A stretch of DNA of 64,000 nucleotides from an uncultured Rhodanobacteraceae bacterium (GCA_937928755.1 CALEZI010000127.1:36098-100097); one strand, 5' to 3'; shown: positions 26,588 to 36,471, counted from the first letter of the stretch. A program made the numbers and translations. The notes: generated by a model from the letters alone, not told the origin.

Positions 26588-28765
26588 ATGACCTTGCGTC
26601 GCCCGTTCGCTGTGATGATGCTTGCGCTATCGCTGTTCGCCTGTGGGCGCGATGCCGGGCAGGAAACCTCAGTACCGTTGGCCAGCGAGTCGGCACAATC
26701 GACTGCGTTTGGCGCCGGGCCCTGGCTGCGCGATCGGTTGCCGGCCGATGCCATTGTCTACGCGCGCCTGCCCAGTCCCTGGCGCAGCGCGCTGGGTCCG
26801 GCCGGCAAGCGCAACGACCGCATGTTTCAAAGTCAGGCATATGTCGATGCCGTGACTCGCATGCGCACTGATCTGGGCAAGGACCCGCTGTCAGGAGAGG
26901 CGGCCGTGCCGCTCGCCGGACTGCTTTACCGCCTCGGATCGCCGGTCGAGATCGCCGTGGTGGCGACTGGCCGCATCGCATCCCCGGCGGCGAACGTCTA
27001 CGCGACGCTGAGCCTCGACTATGCCGACGCGGCAACGCTCGGCAAGGTGCTTGGCGAAGCCATGGGCGGCACGCCGCTGACTTTTGATGCCGATGGGTAC
27101 GCCTCGTTGGCGGACGCGGGCGCACCGGCATTTGTGCATTTCGACGCGGCGGAAAAGCGGCTTTCGGCGTTGGTCGGAATGTACGCCAACCTCGACTCGC
27201 TGAAATCACTGCGCAAGGGCTTCGCCGAAGCCAAGGTCGAGCCGCGCGCAGAACTGGCGCTGGAGCGCGAGATCGACGCGCACGGGGCCGGCCTGGCGAT
27301 CTGGGCCGATGTCGAAGCGCTGCGTCCGATCCTGAGTGCCGGCGTCGCCGACGAAGCAGCGCGCAAGGTGCTGGAGCAGACCAAACGCATCGCGCTGGGT
27401 TGGGGCAGCGTCGATGGCCACGGACGACTCGGACTGCGCGCGGAAATCAGTGGCGCGGCATGGGCAAACTATCTGCCGCAGTCGCCGCGCAAGCTCGATC
27501 TGAAGGCTTCGGGGCGCACGCGCATGCTGCTCAGCGCAAGCTGGTTCACCAGCGACGACATCGCCCGCATCGCCGCTGCGATCAAGCAGGACGAGGATCT
27601 CGCCAAGGGCTGGAACGAGGTCGACGCCAAACTGTCCGAGATCAGCGGTCTGCAGATCACCGACGTGTTTGCGGCCTTCGGTCCGGACCTGGCGGCATTT
27701 TCCGACGACGCCGGCGAGTTCATGGCGATCCGCATTCGCGACAGCGCTGCGCTGGAGCGTCTGCTGTCCACGCTCGGCGAAAAGTTCAAGTCCAAACACA
27801 GTGTCAGCGAGCACGAGGGTCAGAAGATCCACCACCTGCGTTTGCCGAGCATGCTCGAAATCGGCCGCACCATTGGCAAGGATGCGGAAAAGCTGGACGA
27901 CGTCGTCGCCGCGCAGATCTACGCGCGTGCCGGCAGCCACCTGTACTGGATCGAACAGGACGGCTGGCTGATCGTGGCCGGTGTTCCGCAACCGTTGATG
28001 GACCGGCTGGCATTGGGCGCGGATCAACCGCTGGACGAGTTCATGCGCGCTGCAGGGGGCGATCCGACCGCAATGCTCGGCGGCGCTGCGGTGGTCAACG
28101 ACGCCGCTCGGCGCACGTACCACGCTTGGCTCGGCGCGCTGGCCAGCATCGCCGACCTCGGCGGCGTCGAGGTCGACCTGATGCCGTTGCCAACCGCGCG
28201 TCAACTGACGTTGCCGGATGAATCCGCGCTCGGCGCCAGCCTGCATGTGACGCCGACACGCCTGCACCTCGAACTCAATTACGCGCAGCACCCGATGGAA
28301 TGGATCGGCGGCAGCGATGGCCTGACCGTGGTCGCCGTCGGCGGCATACTGGCCGCCATCGCCATCCCGGCCTATCAGGACTACACGCTGCGCGCCGAAG
28401 TCGCCAGCGCCATGATCGAGACCGCTGCGTTGAAGGTGGCGATCGCCGACTACTACGCCGATCAGGCCGAATTGCCGACCGACGCCGAATCGTTGGGGAT
28501 GGAACTGCCGCTGACCACGGCAAGCGGGAAGGCCGAGGTGGATCTGGACAACGGCGCGGTCATCGTGCGGTTCAACGACAGCGCAGGCAGCGGACTGGCC
28601 GGCACCTACCTGTATCTGCTGCCGGCGCAACAAGGCGAGGGGGCCATCACCTGGCTCTGCGGCCATGCGGCCAATGGCGCCGACGACCTGTTGGTCGAAA
28701 TGAGCGAGGACGCCGCGACGACCGACGTGCCGGAGCGCTACCTGCCGGCGTCATGCCGCAGTTGA
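26588..28765 (+). CDS. Chimeric protein: lipoprotein-type signal, ~560-aa domain of unknown function, hydrophobic helix, then a C-terminal type IVa pilin-like globular domain
   Basis: MTLRRPFAVMMLALSLFAC-G signal/lipobox. The C-terminal 148 aa (from 28319) read GLTVVAVGGILAAIAIPAYQDYTLRAEVASAMIETAALKVAIADYY...ITWLCGHAANGADDLLVEMSEDAATTDVPERYLPASCRS. This has the pilin alpha1 and disulfide-loop hallmarks but no G/FTLIE leader. Confidence 0.7.
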   Translation: MTLRRPFAVMMLALSLFACGRDAGQETSVPLASESAQSTAFGAGPWLRDRLPADAIVYARLPSPWRSALGPAGKRNDRMFQSQAYVDAVTRMRTDLGKDPLSGEAAVPLAGLLYRLGSPVEIAVVATGRIASPAANVYATLSLDYADAATLGKVLGEAMGGTPLTFDADGYASLADAGAPAFVHFDAAEKRLSALVGMYANLDSLKSLRKGFAEAKVEPRAELALEREIDAHGAGLAIWADVEALRPILSAGVADEAARKVLEQTKRIALGWGSVDGHGRLGLRAEISGAAWANYLPQSPRKLDLKASGRTRMLLSASWFTSDDIARIAAAIKQDEDLAKGWNEVDAKLSEISGLQITDVFAAFGPDLAAFSDDAGEFMAIRIRDSAALERLLSTLGEKFKSKHSVSEHEGQKIHHLRLPSMLEIGRTIGKDAEKLDDVVAAQIYARAGSHLYWIEQDGWLIVAGVPQPLMDRLALGADQPLDEFMRAAGGDPTAMLGGAAVVNDAARRTYHAWLGALASIADLGGVEVDLMPLPTARQLTLPDESALGASLHVTPTRLHLELNYAQHPMEWIGGSDGLTVVAVGGILAAIAIPAYQDYTLRAEVASAMIETAALKVAIADYYADQAELPTDAESLGMELPLTTASGKAEVDLDNGAVIVRFNDSAGSGLAGTYLYLLPAQQGEGAITWLCGHAANGADDLLVEMSEDAATTDVPERYLPASCRS

Positions 28766-28897
28766 CGGCAGCGTGTTCGCCGGGGAATGGAGCCATGCCG
28801 CAAATTGAAGCCTGCCGTGCCCAGTGATCCCTGTGGCATACTTGGCGGCTGATTCGCGATTCCTGTCGCGCCCTGTCATCGTTTACGAGTCGAATCC

Positions 28898-29224
28898 ATG
28901 GATTTCCTGATTTCCCCCGCTTACGCCCAGGCTGCCGGGCAGCAACCCAGCATGTGGCCGAGCCTGATCATGTTGGTGGTGTTCTTCGCGATCTTCTATT
29001 TCCTGTTGATCCGCCCACAGCAGAAGCGCGTCGCCGAGCACAAGAAAATGGTCGATGCGCTGGCGCGTGGCGACGAAATCGTCACTTCGGGCGGATTGCT
29101 CGGACGCGTCGAAGAAGTCAGCGACAGCTTCGTGACCTTGGAAATCGCCCAGGGCGTCCGCATCAAGGTGCAGAAGCACGCGCTCGGCGCGGTGCTTCCG
29201 AAGGGTACCTACAAGCCCGCTTGA
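28898..29224 (+). CDS. yajC: Preprotein translocase subunit YajC
   Basis: 108 aa. LIMLVVFFAIFYFLLIRPQQKRVAEHKKMVDALARGDEIVTSGGLLGRV. Confidence 0.95.
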   Translation: MDFLISPAYAQAAGQQPSMWPSLIMLVVFFAIFYFLLIRPQQKRVAEHKKMVDALARGDEIVTSGGLLGRVEEVSDSFVTLEIAQGVRIKVQKHALGAVLPKGTYKPA

Positions 29225-29277
29225 CGCGCCAGGTTCCTCCCATCCGTCTGCTCCAGTAGCCTCGACCGAGGTGATTG

Positions 29278-31137
29278 ATGTTTGATTTACCCAAATGGAA
29301 GCTCGGCCTGGTGGCCGTGCTGGTGATTCTGGCGGCTTTGTACGCGCTGCCGAACGCTTTCCCGGAACAACCGGCGATTCAGATTTCTGCCAATCGCGGA
29401 TCGAGCATCGACGATGTCCTCCAGGGGCGCGTCGAAGGTGCGTTGAAGGGCAAGGAACTCGCCTATTTCGGGCTGGAGCGCAGCGAAGAGCGCTTGATGG
29501 TCCGTTTCGCCGACGCCGACCTGCAGCTCAAGGCCGCGGATCTGCTGCGCGACGAGCTCAAGGACAAGTACACGGTTGCCTTGAACCTTGCGACCACGGT
29601 GCCGGGTTGGCTGCAGTCGATCGGCGGCCGCCCGATGACCCTGGGCCTGGATCTGCAAGGCGGCGTGCACTTTCTGATGGAAGTCGATCAGGAGGCCGCG
29701 CGCGTCAAGCTGGAGGATCGTTATGTCAACGACATCTACCAGATCCTGCGCGCCGAGAAGATCGCCTACCGATCGGTTTCCCGTGCCCGCGACGGCCTGA
29801 CGGTGCAACTGCTGTCGGCTGAGGACCGCACGCGCGCGGTGGCCGAGCTCGCCGAGCAGGCGCCGGATCTGACGGTCGAACTGGTCGAGCCGGGCGACGG
29901 CACGGCGCTGTTCGCGAAGATCAAGCCGGAGATGATCGTCGCCGCGCAGAAGCACACCATCGATCAGAACATCACCACCTTGCGTAACCGCGTCAGCGAA
30001 CTCGGCGTGGCCGAGCCGGTGATCGCGCAGCAGGGTCAGACGCGCATCGTGGTGCAGTTGCCCGGCGTGCAGGACACCGCAACGGCGAAGAAGATCCTCG
30101 GCGCGACGGCCACGCTGGAGTATCGGGCGGTGAACGACAGCGCCAATGCCGCGGAAGCGGCGCAGAGCGGCCGGATTCCGCCGGATTCCAGGTTGTACTA
30201 CGACCAGCAGGGCACACCGATACTGCTGAAGAAGGACGTGATCGCCACCGGAGACCAGTTGGTCGACGCGACCAGCGGCTACGACCAGCAGACGGCCACG
30301 CCGATGGTGGCGGTGCGCCTCGACTCGGCAGGTGGGCGCCGCATGCTCGACTTCACCAGCGAGAATGTCGGCCGCCCCATGGCGGTCGTCTACATCGAGC
30401 GCGTGCCGGAGTTCCGCACCATCAACGGCGAGGAAGTACGCAGCTTCAAGGAAACGCAGACGGTCATCAGCGTCGCATCGATCCGTGGCGTGTTCAGCAC
30501 CAACTTCCAGACCACTGGCCTCGAAAGCTCCAATTACGCACGTGATCTCGCGCTGTTGCTGCGTGCCGGATCGCTGGCGGTGCCGGTCGACATCATCGAA
30601 GAGCGCGTGATTGGTCCCAGTCTCGGCCAGGACAACATCGAACGCGGCCTCGAAGCCACGCTGATCGGCTTCCTGCTGATCGTGATCTTCGTGATCTTCT
30701 ACTATCGGGTGGTGGGCTTGGTGGCGGTGGTTGGTCTGTGCGTCAACCTGCTGCTGCTGTTCGCCATCTTGAGCGCACTCGGCGCCACGCTGACGATGCC
30801 CGGCATCGCCGGTATCGTGCTGACCCTGGGTATGGCGGTGGACGCCAATGTGCTGATCGCCGAGCGCATCCGCGAGGAAGTGCGCTCCGGCAATTCGCCG
30901 ATGAACGCCCTCAAGGCCGGTTACGAAAAAGCCTGGGGCACCATTCTCGACGCCAATCTGACCACGCTGTTTGCCGCTATCGCGATGTTCGCGTTCGGCT
31001 CGGGTCCGGTGAAGGGATTCGCGGTGACCATGTTCACCGGCATCCTGACCTCGATGTTCAGCGCCGTCACCGTGACCCAGTTGATCATGGCGATGGTTTA
31101 CGGTCGGCAGCGCAAAGTGCAGTCGATCTCGGTTTGA
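29278..31137 (+). CDS. secD: Protein translocase subunit SecD
   Basis: MFDLPKWKLGLVAVLVILAALYALPN..., ~619 aa with a C-terminal 6-TM SecD/F domain. ATG 29278 follows GAGGTGA (the track starts at TTG 29275). Confidence 0.95.
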   Translation: MFDLPKWKLGLVAVLVILAALYALPNAFPEQPAIQISANRGSSIDDVLQGRVEGALKGKELAYFGLERSEERLMVRFADADLQLKAADLLRDELKDKYTVALNLATTVPGWLQSIGGRPMTLGLDLQGGVHFLMEVDQEAARVKLEDRYVNDIYQILRAEKIAYRSVSRARDGLTVQLLSAEDRTRAVAELAEQAPDLTVELVEPGDGTALFAKIKPEMIVAAQKHTIDQNITTLRNRVSELGVAEPVIAQQGQTRIVVQLPGVQDTATAKKILGATATLEYRAVNDSANAAEAAQSGRIPPDSRLYYDQQGTPILLKKDVIATGDQLVDATSGYDQQTATPMVAVRLDSAGGRRMLDFTSENVGRPMAVVYIERVPEFRTINGEEVRSFKETQTVISVASIRGVFSTNFQTTGLESSNYARDLALLLRAGSLAVPVDIIEERVIGPSLGQDNIERGLEATLIGFLLIVIFVIFYYRVVGLVAVVGLCVNLLLLFAILSALGATLTMPGIAGIVLTLGMAVDANVLIAERIREEVRSGNSPMNALKAGYEKAWGTILDANLTTLFAAIAMFAFGSGPVKGFAVTMFTGILTSMFSAVTVTQLIMAMVYGRQRKVQSISV

Positions 31138-31163
31138 GACCGGGATAGACCAAGGAGCAAGTC

Positions 31164-32114
31164 ATGGAACTATTCAATCCGCACTCCAACATCCCGTTCA
31201 TGCGCTGGCGCAAGGTATCGGTCGCGGTTTCCATCTGCCTGATCGTGCTGTCGCTGGTTCTGCTGGCAACCCGCGGGCTCAACCTGGCGCTCGACTTCAC
31301 CGGTGGCACGCTGGTCGAGGCCGAGTTCAAACAGCCGGTGGAGATCGAGCAGGTACGATCTGCGCTGGACAGCGCCGGATTCGAAAACTTCACCGTGCAG
31401 AGCATCGGCGGCGCACGCGAGGCGGCAATGCGTCTGCCGCCGATGGTCAAGGGCGAACAGGGCATCGAGCGGCAGCGTGAAGTTGCCGAGTCCGTGGGCA
31501 AGGCGCTGAACGCGGCTGGACTCGACGCCATCATCAAGCGCAGCGAGTTCGTCGGGCCGCAGGTCGGCAAGGAACTCGCCGAAGACGGCGTCATCGCGGT
31601 GGTGTTCGTGATCCTGACCATCATGCTGTACGTCGCCATGCGTTTCGAGTGGCGCTTCGGCATTGCGGCGATCGCCGGTGAGGCGCACGACGTGATCATC
31701 GCGCTCGGCTTCGTCTGTTTGCTCGGACTCAACTTCGATCTGACCGTGCTTGCGGGTCTGTTGACGGTGGCCGGCTACTCGATCAACGACAAGGTGGTGG
31801 TGTTCGACCGCGTCCGCGAAATCTTCCGCAGCGCGCGCAAGCTCGGGCCCGAGGACACCATCAACAAGGCGATCAACAATACCTTGTCGCGCACCATCAT
31901 CACCGGCATCACCACCTTCTTTGCGTTGTTCTCGCTGTATTTCCTCGGTGGCCCGGCGGTGGAAGGCTTCGCCATCACGGTGATCTTCGGAATCACCATC
32001 GGCACGCTGTCCTCGATCTTTTTCTGCAATCCGATCCTGCTCTGGCTCGGTGTGTCGAAGTCCGATCTGCAGGTGGTCAGGAAAGAAGACCCGGAGCTTG
32101 CGCTGCGGCCTTGA
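31164..32114 (+). CDS. secF: Protein translocase subunit SecF
   Basis: 316 aa. MELFNPHSNIPFMRWRKVSVAVSICLIVLS...LDFTGGTLVE... SecF pattern. Confidence 0.95.
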   Translation: MELFNPHSNIPFMRWRKVSVAVSICLIVLSLVLLATRGLNLALDFTGGTLVEAEFKQPVEIEQVRSALDSAGFENFTVQSIGGAREAAMRLPPMVKGEQGIERQREVAESVGKALNAAGLDAIIKRSEFVGPQVGKELAEDGVIAVVFVILTIMLYVAMRFEWRFGIAAIAGEAHDVIIALGFVCLLGLNFDLTVLAGLLTVAGYSINDKVVVFDRVREIFRSARKLGPEDTINKAINNTLSRTIITGITTFFALFSLYFLGGPAVEGFAITVIFGITIGTLSSIFFCNPILLWLGVSKSDLQVVRKEDPELALRP

Positions 32115-32134
32115 GGGCTGGCCCGGTTCCACAG

Positions 32135-32167
32135 CCGACATGGCGCCTGCGGGCGCCATGTCGTTTT
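32135..32167 (+). terminator. Rho-independent terminator after secF
   Basis: cgacatggcgcc-tgcg-ggcgccatgtcg (12-bp perfect stem) followed by ttttc. Confidence 0.8.
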
Positions 32168-32260
32168 CGCGGCATACGCGCCCAAAGTAGCAGGCCCGAT
32201 GGCTACATTGTTTGACCGATCGCACTGGCATCGGCCGGCGTCGGCACGCAGACTATAGTC

Positions 32261-33697
32261 ATGAAGCCGAGCCTCCAATTACGTGTCGGTCAGCAACTCA
32301 CGCTGACGCCGCAACTCAAGCAGGCGATCCGCCTGCTGACCTTGTCGACGCTGGAGTTGCAGAGCGAATTGTCGTTGGCGATCGAGACCAATCCGATGCT
32401 GGAATGGGACGACGCCCAGCCCAGCGACGACCAGAACGCTGCATCCGACGCCGAAGCAGAAGCGGCCGCAACCAGCGAACCCGAGCGCGACTCGGAGCCA
32501 GCGGCAGACGAGGACTGGCGCGACGCCGATTTCGACTTGCCGGACTATGCGGCCGGCCGACAGGGCGACGGCAACAACGAGGATGATGACGCTGGGGACT
32601 CGCGATTCGCCGAGGTGCCCGATCTCACCGACCACCTGTTGTGGCAACTGCACCTGTCGCAATTGAGCGCGCGCGATCGGGCGATCGCCCATGCCATCGT
32701 CGAGGCGCTCGATGACGATGGTTACCTGACCGAGTCCGATGAGGCGATCATCGATGCGGTGGCGTGGGAGCATCGCGTCGGCGTCGATGAGGTGGCGGCG
32801 GTGCGCCATTTCGTGCAACAGCTTGAGCCGGTGGGCGTGGCCAGCCGCGACTTGCGCGAGTGCCTGACCGTTCAGTTGCACCAGTACGAGCACGCCGAAG
32901 CGCAAGCGCTGGCCTTGCGCATCGTGACCACCCATCTCGAGTTCCTTGCTCGCCACGACCGGACCCGACTGGCGCGCGAACTGGCGGTTTCCGATGCCGA
33001 ACTCGACGCTGCGATCGCGTTGATCCGCAGGTTGTCGCCGAAACCCGGCGCGCGCTTTTCGGCAGTGGCGACTGAACACGTGGTTCCTGATGTTTATGTC
33101 CATCGGCGCCACGGGCGCTGGGATGTCAGCCTGAATCCGGCTGCAGCGCCGAAACTCAGGGTCAACGACCACTACGCCAGTCTGCTGCGACGTTGTGGCC
33201 GCGACGAGGGTACGGCGCTCAAGGGCCAGCTGCAGGAAGCGCGCTGGTTGCTGAAGAGCCTGGAACAACGCGACCAGACAGTGCTCAAGGTGGCGCGTGT
33301 CATTGTCGAGCGCCAGGAGCGGTTTTTCGATCGGGGTCCTGAGGAAATGCGTCCGCTGGTGCTGCGCGAGGTGGCCGAGGAGATCGGGATGCATGAGTCG
33401 ACGGTCAGTCGCGTGACCACGCGCAAGTATCTGCATTCGCCGCGCGGTACTTTCGAATTCAAGTACTTCTTCTCCAGTCATGTGGCCACCCGCGACGGCG
33501 GCGAGGCCTCGAGTACCGCAATCCAGGCCATGATCAAGAAGCTGATCGACGAGGAGGCAGCGCAGAAGCCGCTTTCCGACAGCGCCATCTCCGATCTGCT
33601 GAAGCGACGCGGAATCCTGGTGGCGCGGCGCACGGTCGCCAAGTATCGTGAGGCGATGCGCATTCCTTCATCCAACGAACGTGTGCGATCCGGCTGA
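32261..33697 (+). CDS. rpoN: RNA polymerase sigma-54 factor RpoN
   Basis: MKPSLQLRVGQQLTLTPQLKQAIRLLTLSTLEL..., an acidic region, and a C-terminal RpoN box (ARRTVAKYREAMRIPSS). Confidence 0.95.
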   Translation: MKPSLQLRVGQQLTLTPQLKQAIRLLTLSTLELQSELSLAIETNPMLEWDDAQPSDDQNAASDAEAEAAATSEPERDSEPAADEDWRDADFDLPDYAAGRQGDGNNEDDDAGDSRFAEVPDLTDHLLWQLHLSQLSARDRAIAHAIVEALDDDGYLTESDEAIIDAVAWEHRVGVDEVAAVRHFVQQLEPVGVASRDLRECLTVQLHQYEHAEAQALALRIVTTHLEFLARHDRTRLARELAVSDAELDAAIALIRRLSPKPGARFSAVATEHVVPDVYVHRRHGRWDVSLNPAAAPKLRVNDHYASLLRRCGRDEGTALKGQLQEARWLLKSLEQRDQTVLKVARVIVERQERFFDRGPEEMRPLVLREVAEEIGMHESTVSRVTTRKYLHSPRGTFEFKYFFSSHVATRDGGEASSTAIQAMIKKLIDEEAAQKPLSDSAISDLLKRRGILVARRTVAKYREAMRIPSSNERVRSG

Positions 33698-33810
33698 TAT
33701 GGGATATGCCCACCTCGCTGCAGTGAGTTCGGTCGCAGTGCTGTGCCGGACCGTTGTAACGCATCCGCAGCACCGCAGCCGGTGTTGCCAATCCGCAGAG
33801 GAGCCAACCG

Positions 33811-34128
33811 ATGAACCTCACCATCTCCGGTCACCAATTGGACCTTACCGACTCTCTCAAGCATTACTCGCGGTCCAAAGTTCAGAAACTGGTCGAGCCG
33901 TTCGAAAAGGTGATCGATGTGCACGTGATCCTGGGCACCGAAAAACTGGCGCAATATGCGGAAGCGACGGTGAATCTGCGGGGCAGCAAGCTGTTCGCCA
34001 AGGCTGAAGGCAAGGACGTGTACGCCGCCATCGACGGTTTGGTCGACAAGCTCGATCGTCAGTTGGTCAAACACAAGGAGCGCGCCAGCGAGCATCGCGG
34101 CGCCATCGTCGACGATTTCAACGGATGA
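33811..34128 (+). CDS. hpf: Ribosome hibernation promoting factor (HPF/YhbH, short form)
   Basis: 105 aa. MNLTISGHQLDLTDSLKHYSRSKVQKL...AKAEGKDVYAAIDGLVDKLDRQLVKHKER. Confidence 0.9.
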   Translation: MNLTISGHQLDLTDSLKHYSRSKVQKLVEPFEKVIDVHVILGTEKLAQYAEATVNLRGSKLFAKAEGKDVYAAIDGLVDKLDRQLVKHKERASEHRGAIVDDFNG

Positions 34129-34138
34129 TCTGCCGAAC

Positions 34139-34609
34139 ATGCAATTGATCGATATCCTGGCTCGCGACCGCGTCGCGGCCGACCTCAATGTCAGCAGCAA
34201 GAAGCGTCTGCTGGAGAAGCTGGCTGGATTGCTGGCGGGCGACCTCGGCGCCGGCGTGGAACGCGCCATCTTCGAGGCCCTGATCGCGCGCGAACACCTG
34301 GGATCCACCGGTCTCGGCCAGGGTGTCGCCATTCCGCACGGGCGCGTCGGCGGCGACATTCCGCCGACCGCCGCCTTCGTTCGGATCAAGGATCCGATCG
34401 ATTTCGATGCGGCGGATGGAGAGCCTGTCGACCTGGTGCTGGCGCTGGTGGTGCCGGACCACTTCACCGATCAGCATCTGGCCTTGTTGTCGCAAGTCGC
34501 GGAACTTTTCAGCCAGGCTGAGGTATGTGCCGAACTGCGCGCCGCCGGCGGCGCACAGCAATTGTTCGAGCGATTGAGCCAGCGCACGCTCGCGCTCAGC
34601 GAAGTCTGA
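34139..34609 (+). CDS. ptsN: PTS IIA-like nitrogen regulatory protein PtsN (EIIA-Ntr)
   Basis: 156 aa. REHLGSTGLGQGVAIPHGRV (phosphorylatable His). Sits in rpoN-linked synteny. Confidence 0.9.
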   Translation: MQLIDILARDRVAADLNVSSKKRLLEKLAGLLAGDLGAGVERAIFEALIAREHLGSTGLGQGVAIPHGRVGGDIPPTAAFVRIKDPIDFDAADGEPVDLVLALVVPDHFTDQHLALLSQVAELFSQAEVCAELRAAGGAQQLFERLSQRTLALSEV

Positions 34610-34636
34610 TCTCGACGGCGCCGACGGAGCCAGCCG

Positions 34637-35590
34637 ATGACGCGCTCGCTGACCGCTCACGAGCTGTTCGACGAAGTCCGAACCCGTCTCGAATTGAGCT
34701 GGGAAGGCACCCACGAGGGTGGCGAGCGGCGCATCGAGATCGCCGAAGGGCGCCAGCGGCGCCCATCGCTGATCGGCTACCTGAATCTGATTCACCCGAA
34801 CAAGATCCAGATCCTGGGTTCCGAGGAACTCGCGTTTCTCGACGGTCTGCCGGCGACGACACGCCGGGTGACCATCCAGCGCATGGTCAAGCTGCAGCCG
34901 GCCGTGCTGGTGCTGACGCGTGGGCTGGTCCCGCCGGCTGATCTGCTCGCTGCGGCACGCCGCAACCACATTCCGGTATGGCGCACCGGCAAGCGTGGCC
35001 ATGACGTGCTCACCTATCTGCAATACCACCTTGCGCGTGCGCTGGCGCCGCAGACGACATTGCACGGCGTGTTCCTGGAGGTCTATTCGATCGGTGTCCT
35101 TATTACCGGCGAGGCGGGTGCGGGCAAGAGCGAACTGGCGCTGGAACTGGTCACCCGCGGTCATCGATTGATTGCCGACGATGCGCCGGAGTTCACCATG
35201 GTCGCGCCGGATGTCATCGACGGCACCTGCCCGGAAATGTTGCAGGACTGCCTGGAGGTTCGTGGCCTGGGCGTGCTCAACGTGCGGGAAATGTTTGGCG
35301 ACACCGCAGTGAAGCGCAACAAGTATCTGCGCCTGGTCCTGCACCTCGGTCCAACCGTCGCCGACAGCCAGCAGGAGGGCATGAAACGGCTGTTCGGCGA
35401 TGTCAGCTCGATTCGCGTGCTGGAGGTCGATATCCCGCGACTGGTGATTCCGGTAGCGCCGGGGCGCAACCTGGCGGTGCTGGTGGAGGCGGCCGTGCGC
35501 AACCACGTGCTGAAGAGCAAGGGCATCGACGCCGCGCAGACCTTCGTCGATCGCCAGGCGCATTCGTTGAAGCGGGAGCGCACATGGTAG
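34637..35590 (+). CDS. hprK: HPr kinase/phosphorylase
   Basis: 317 aa. Walker A GVLITGEAGAGKSELALELV and LIADDAPEF. Confidence 0.9.
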   Translation: MTRSLTAHELFDEVRTRLELSWEGTHEGGERRIEIAEGRQRRPSLIGYLNLIHPNKIQILGSEELAFLDGLPATTRRVTIQRMVKLQPAVLVLTRGLVPPADLLAAARRNHIPVWRTGKRGHDVLTYLQYHLARALAPQTTLHGVFLEVYSIGVLITGEAGAGKSELALELVTRGHRLIADDAPEFTMVAPDVIDGTCPEMLQDCLEVRGLGVLNVREMFGDTAVKRNKYLRLVLHLGPTVADSQQEGMKRLFGDVSSIRVLEVDIPRLVIPVAPGRNLAVLVEAAVRNHVLKSKGIDAAQTFVDRQAHSLKRERTW

Positions 35591-36471
35591 ACGCGGTGCA
35601 GCAGAGCCAGGGAAAGATCCGGCTGGCGGTGGTCAGCGGATTGTCCGGTTCGGGCAAAAGCGTGGCTTTGCGCACGCTCGAGGATCTCGGTTTCTATTGC
35701 ATCGACAATCTGCCGGCGAGCCTGTTGCCGGCGTTGGCCGATCACGCTCTCGGCGCCGGCGAAACACGTTACCCGCGCCTCGCGGTGGGCATCGATGCGC
35801 GCACTGCCGCCGCCGATCCCGACGAACTGGCGCGCGCGTTTTCCCACCTCGCGGTGATCGGACTGCCGCCATTCCTGTTGTTTCTGGACGCCCGCGACGA
35901 TGTCCTGCTGAAGCGCTTCAGCGAAACCCGTCGGCGCCATCCGCTTGGCTGCGAGGGTTCGTCGTTGTCCGATGCGATCTTTCGCGAACGCCAGGTACTG
36001 AAATCGCTGAAACAGATCGCCGATGTCGAAATCGACACCAGCGAGCTCAATGTCTACCAGTTGCGTCGGCGCATCCTCGAGGCGCTCGGCATCAGCGCCA
36101 GCGGCGTGTCGCTGTTGTTCGAGTCGTTCGCCTTCAAGCGCGGCGTACCCGATGACGCCGATTTCGTGTTCGACGCCAGGGCGCTGCCCAATCCTCACTG
36201 GGAGTCGCGGCTGCGGCCATTTTCCGGTCGCGATGCCGCTGTGCGCGAATACTTCGAGCAACGCGCCGAAGTCGGCGAATTCATCGACGATGTCGAGCGC
36301 TTCCTGAAACGCTGGCTGCCGCGTTTCGATCCCACCGAGCGCAGTTATCTGACGGTCGCCATTGGCTGCACCGGCGGCCGTCACCGCTCGGTCTACATCG
36401 TCGAACAGTTGCAGGAGCGCTTCCGGGTGCTCGGTGGGGAGGTGCTGTGTTTTCATCGGGAACTGGCGTGA
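35584..36471 (+). CDS. rapZ: RNase adapter protein RapZ (YhbJ family)
   Basis: 295 aa. VVSGLSGSGKSVALRTLEDLGFYCIDNLP and C-terminal TVAIGCTGGRHRSV. Confidence 0.9.
   Translation: MVDAVQQSQGKIRLAVVSGLSGSGKSVALRTLEDLGFYCIDNLPASLLPALADHALGAGETRYPRLAVGIDARTAAADPDELARAFSHLAVIGLPPFLLFLDARDDVLLKRFSETRRRHPLGCEGSSLSDAIFRERQVLKSLKQIADVEIDTSELNVYQLRRRILEALGISASGVSLLFESFAFKRGVPDDADFVFDARALPNPHWESRLRPFSGRDAAVREYFEQRAEVGEFIDDVERFLKRWLPRFDPTERSYLTVAIGCTGGRHRSVYIVEQLQERFRVLGGEVLCFHRELA

Noticed and set aside
28295-28765. A nested stand-alone pilin gene starting at the internal Met (MEWIGGSDG-LTVV...)
   Set aside because: There is no Shine-Dalgarno upstream. The would-be leader is acidic rather than basic, and cleavage after Gly would give a mature N-terminus lacking Phe1/Glu5 and six helix residues. 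It remains an alternative to test by proteomics.
26588-28765. A pilS-type silent pilin cassette
   Set aside because: Silent cassettes lack the conserved alpha1 region and are not embedded in a long in-frame ORF with its own signal peptide. Here the conserved GILAAIAIPAYQDY segment is present, and no expressed pilE/pilA locus or other cassettes lie nearby.
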